Assembly: GCA_001768975.1 (NCBI GenBank)
Contig: MEND01000098.1
Coordinates: 1 to 46,103 of the forward strand
Direction: 5' to 3'
From: Bacteroidetes bacterium GWA2_31_9
GTDB lineage: Bacteria; Bacteroidota; Bacteroidia; Bacteroidales; GWF2-33-38
Length of the DNA stretch: 46,103 nucleotides
In this document: one piece after another, positions 45,324 to 46,103 of the stretch
Numbering within the stretch: position 1 is the first letter of the stretch
How the letters are laid out: every line of letters starts with the position of its first letter
Translations under genes and position numbers: made by a program
Notes under the pieces: generated by a model
What the model saw: only the letters and a program-made list of their open reading frames with translations
The model's database searches: none
What the model was told of the DNA's origin: nothing

Positions 45324-46103
45324 ATGAAAAAGCACATACATTTTCTGTATTTTACACTGATTTTTGCAGTAATTTTAAGTACAGTTACATTTTCGCAAAC
45401 AAATGAAGAAATCAACATTCAGAAATTAAAATACGAGAAATTTTTGAATGAACACCCTTTCAACAAACACGAGAAAAAAACTCCTAAAGATTGGAAAAAA
45501 TCAACTCCAAAATGTGATAGACCAGACTTAATGATGGAACGTGATTTTTTATTGACTTTAGACCCAAATACAGGAACTGTTCCTAAAGAAAGATTAGCAG
45601 ATGCAAATCTTATAGCTAAACAAATTTTAGCTCAAAAGTCAGCAATTGCAGGAGTAAGTTGGACTGAGCGTGGACCAAATAATGTTGGTGGTAGAGTGCG
45701 TGCTTTAATGTTCGACCCAAATGATGCTGCAAATGGTTATAAAAAAGTATGGTCAGGAAGTGTTTCTGGTGGACTTTGGTACAACAACGACATAACTGAT
45801 GAAAATTCAAGTTGGTATCATGTTAACGATTTTTGGGATAATATTGCTATTGGCTGTATTACTTATGACCCTTCAAACAAACAAGTTTTTTATGTAGGTA
45901 CAGGCGAAGGTTACGACTCCAGAATGGTAAAAGGTTTAGGTATTTTACGTTCGCCCGATGGAGGAAATAGTTGGTTCTATTTGAATAATACTAAAAATGC
46001 AAATTTTGGTTCTGTACAAAAGATTGTAGTAAAATCTAACGGAAATGTTTTTGCAGCAACAAATACCGGTGTTTATAAATCAACCGACCAAGGCTTAAAC
46101 TGG
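45324..46103 (+). CDS. Secreted BNR/sortilin(VPS10)-type beta-propeller repeat protein, 3'-truncated by the window edge
   Basis: Not in the ORF track because it is open-ended. I translated ATG 45324 to 46103 as 260 codons without a stop. Signal peptide MKKHIHFLYFTLIFAVILSTVTFSQ. WTERGPNNVGGRVRALMFDPND, GSVSGGLWYNND, VGTGEG, ILRSPDGGNSW and VYKSTDQGLNW are BNR/Asp-box-like S-x-D-x-G-x-x-W repeats. Confidence 0.7.
   Translation, partial: MKKHIHFLYFTLIFAVILSTVTFSQTNEEINIQKLKYEKFLNEHPFNKHEKKTPKDWKKSTPKCDRPDLMMERDFLLTLDPNTGTVPKERLADANLIAKQILAQKSAIAGVSWTERGPNNVGGRVRALMFDPNDAANGYKKVWSGSVSGGLWYNNDITDENSSWYHVNDFWDNIAIGCITYDPSNKQVFYVGTGEGYDSRMVKGLGILRSPDGGNSWFYLNNTKNANFGSVQKIVVKSNGNVFAATNTGVYKSTDQGLNW

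Noticed and set aside
37167-45810. Antisense ORFs in sufC (37167-37430, 37216-37461), the antitoxin (40669-40857), sufS (41820-42059), the acidic ORF (42624-42974, 42878-43102, 42913-43158), sufE (43187-43429) and the BNR gene (45616-45810)
   Set aside because: They overlap better-supported sense genes and have no recognisable motifs.

Overview
Low-GC Bacteroidota chromosomal segment, inferred from T9SS/gliding genes, lipoprotein signals and TAnnTTTG-type -7 boxes. Left third: two giant repeat adhesins with T9SS type-B C-terminal sorting domains. The first is cut by the window edge. Each is followed by its own PorP/SprF-family gene, and they are separated by tadA, a membrane PP2C/SpoIIE phosphatase and rnhA. 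Middle, all on the minus strand: porX, sprE/porW, gldN-gldM-gldL-gldK-porP, an arginase-fold protein that has lost its metal ligands, and topA. Right third: a suf Fe-S cluster operon (sufC, sufD, sufS, sufE, DUF59 protein) with no sufB next to it and three non-suf insertions. (i) A GHKL-ATPase gene plus a STAS-like/TIR-like/TM-anchored gene; this is my top candidate for an undescribed conflict or signalling system. (ii) A ParE/RelE-type toxin-antitoxin pair. (iii) An acidic 205-aa orphan ORF. The window ends with an FGE/SUMF1-domain protein and a 3'-truncated BNR/sortilin-like secreted protein. I saw no rRNA, tRNA, CRISPR array, transposase or integrase. All calls rest on reading motifs in the supplied translations and the DNA. 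No database search was possible.
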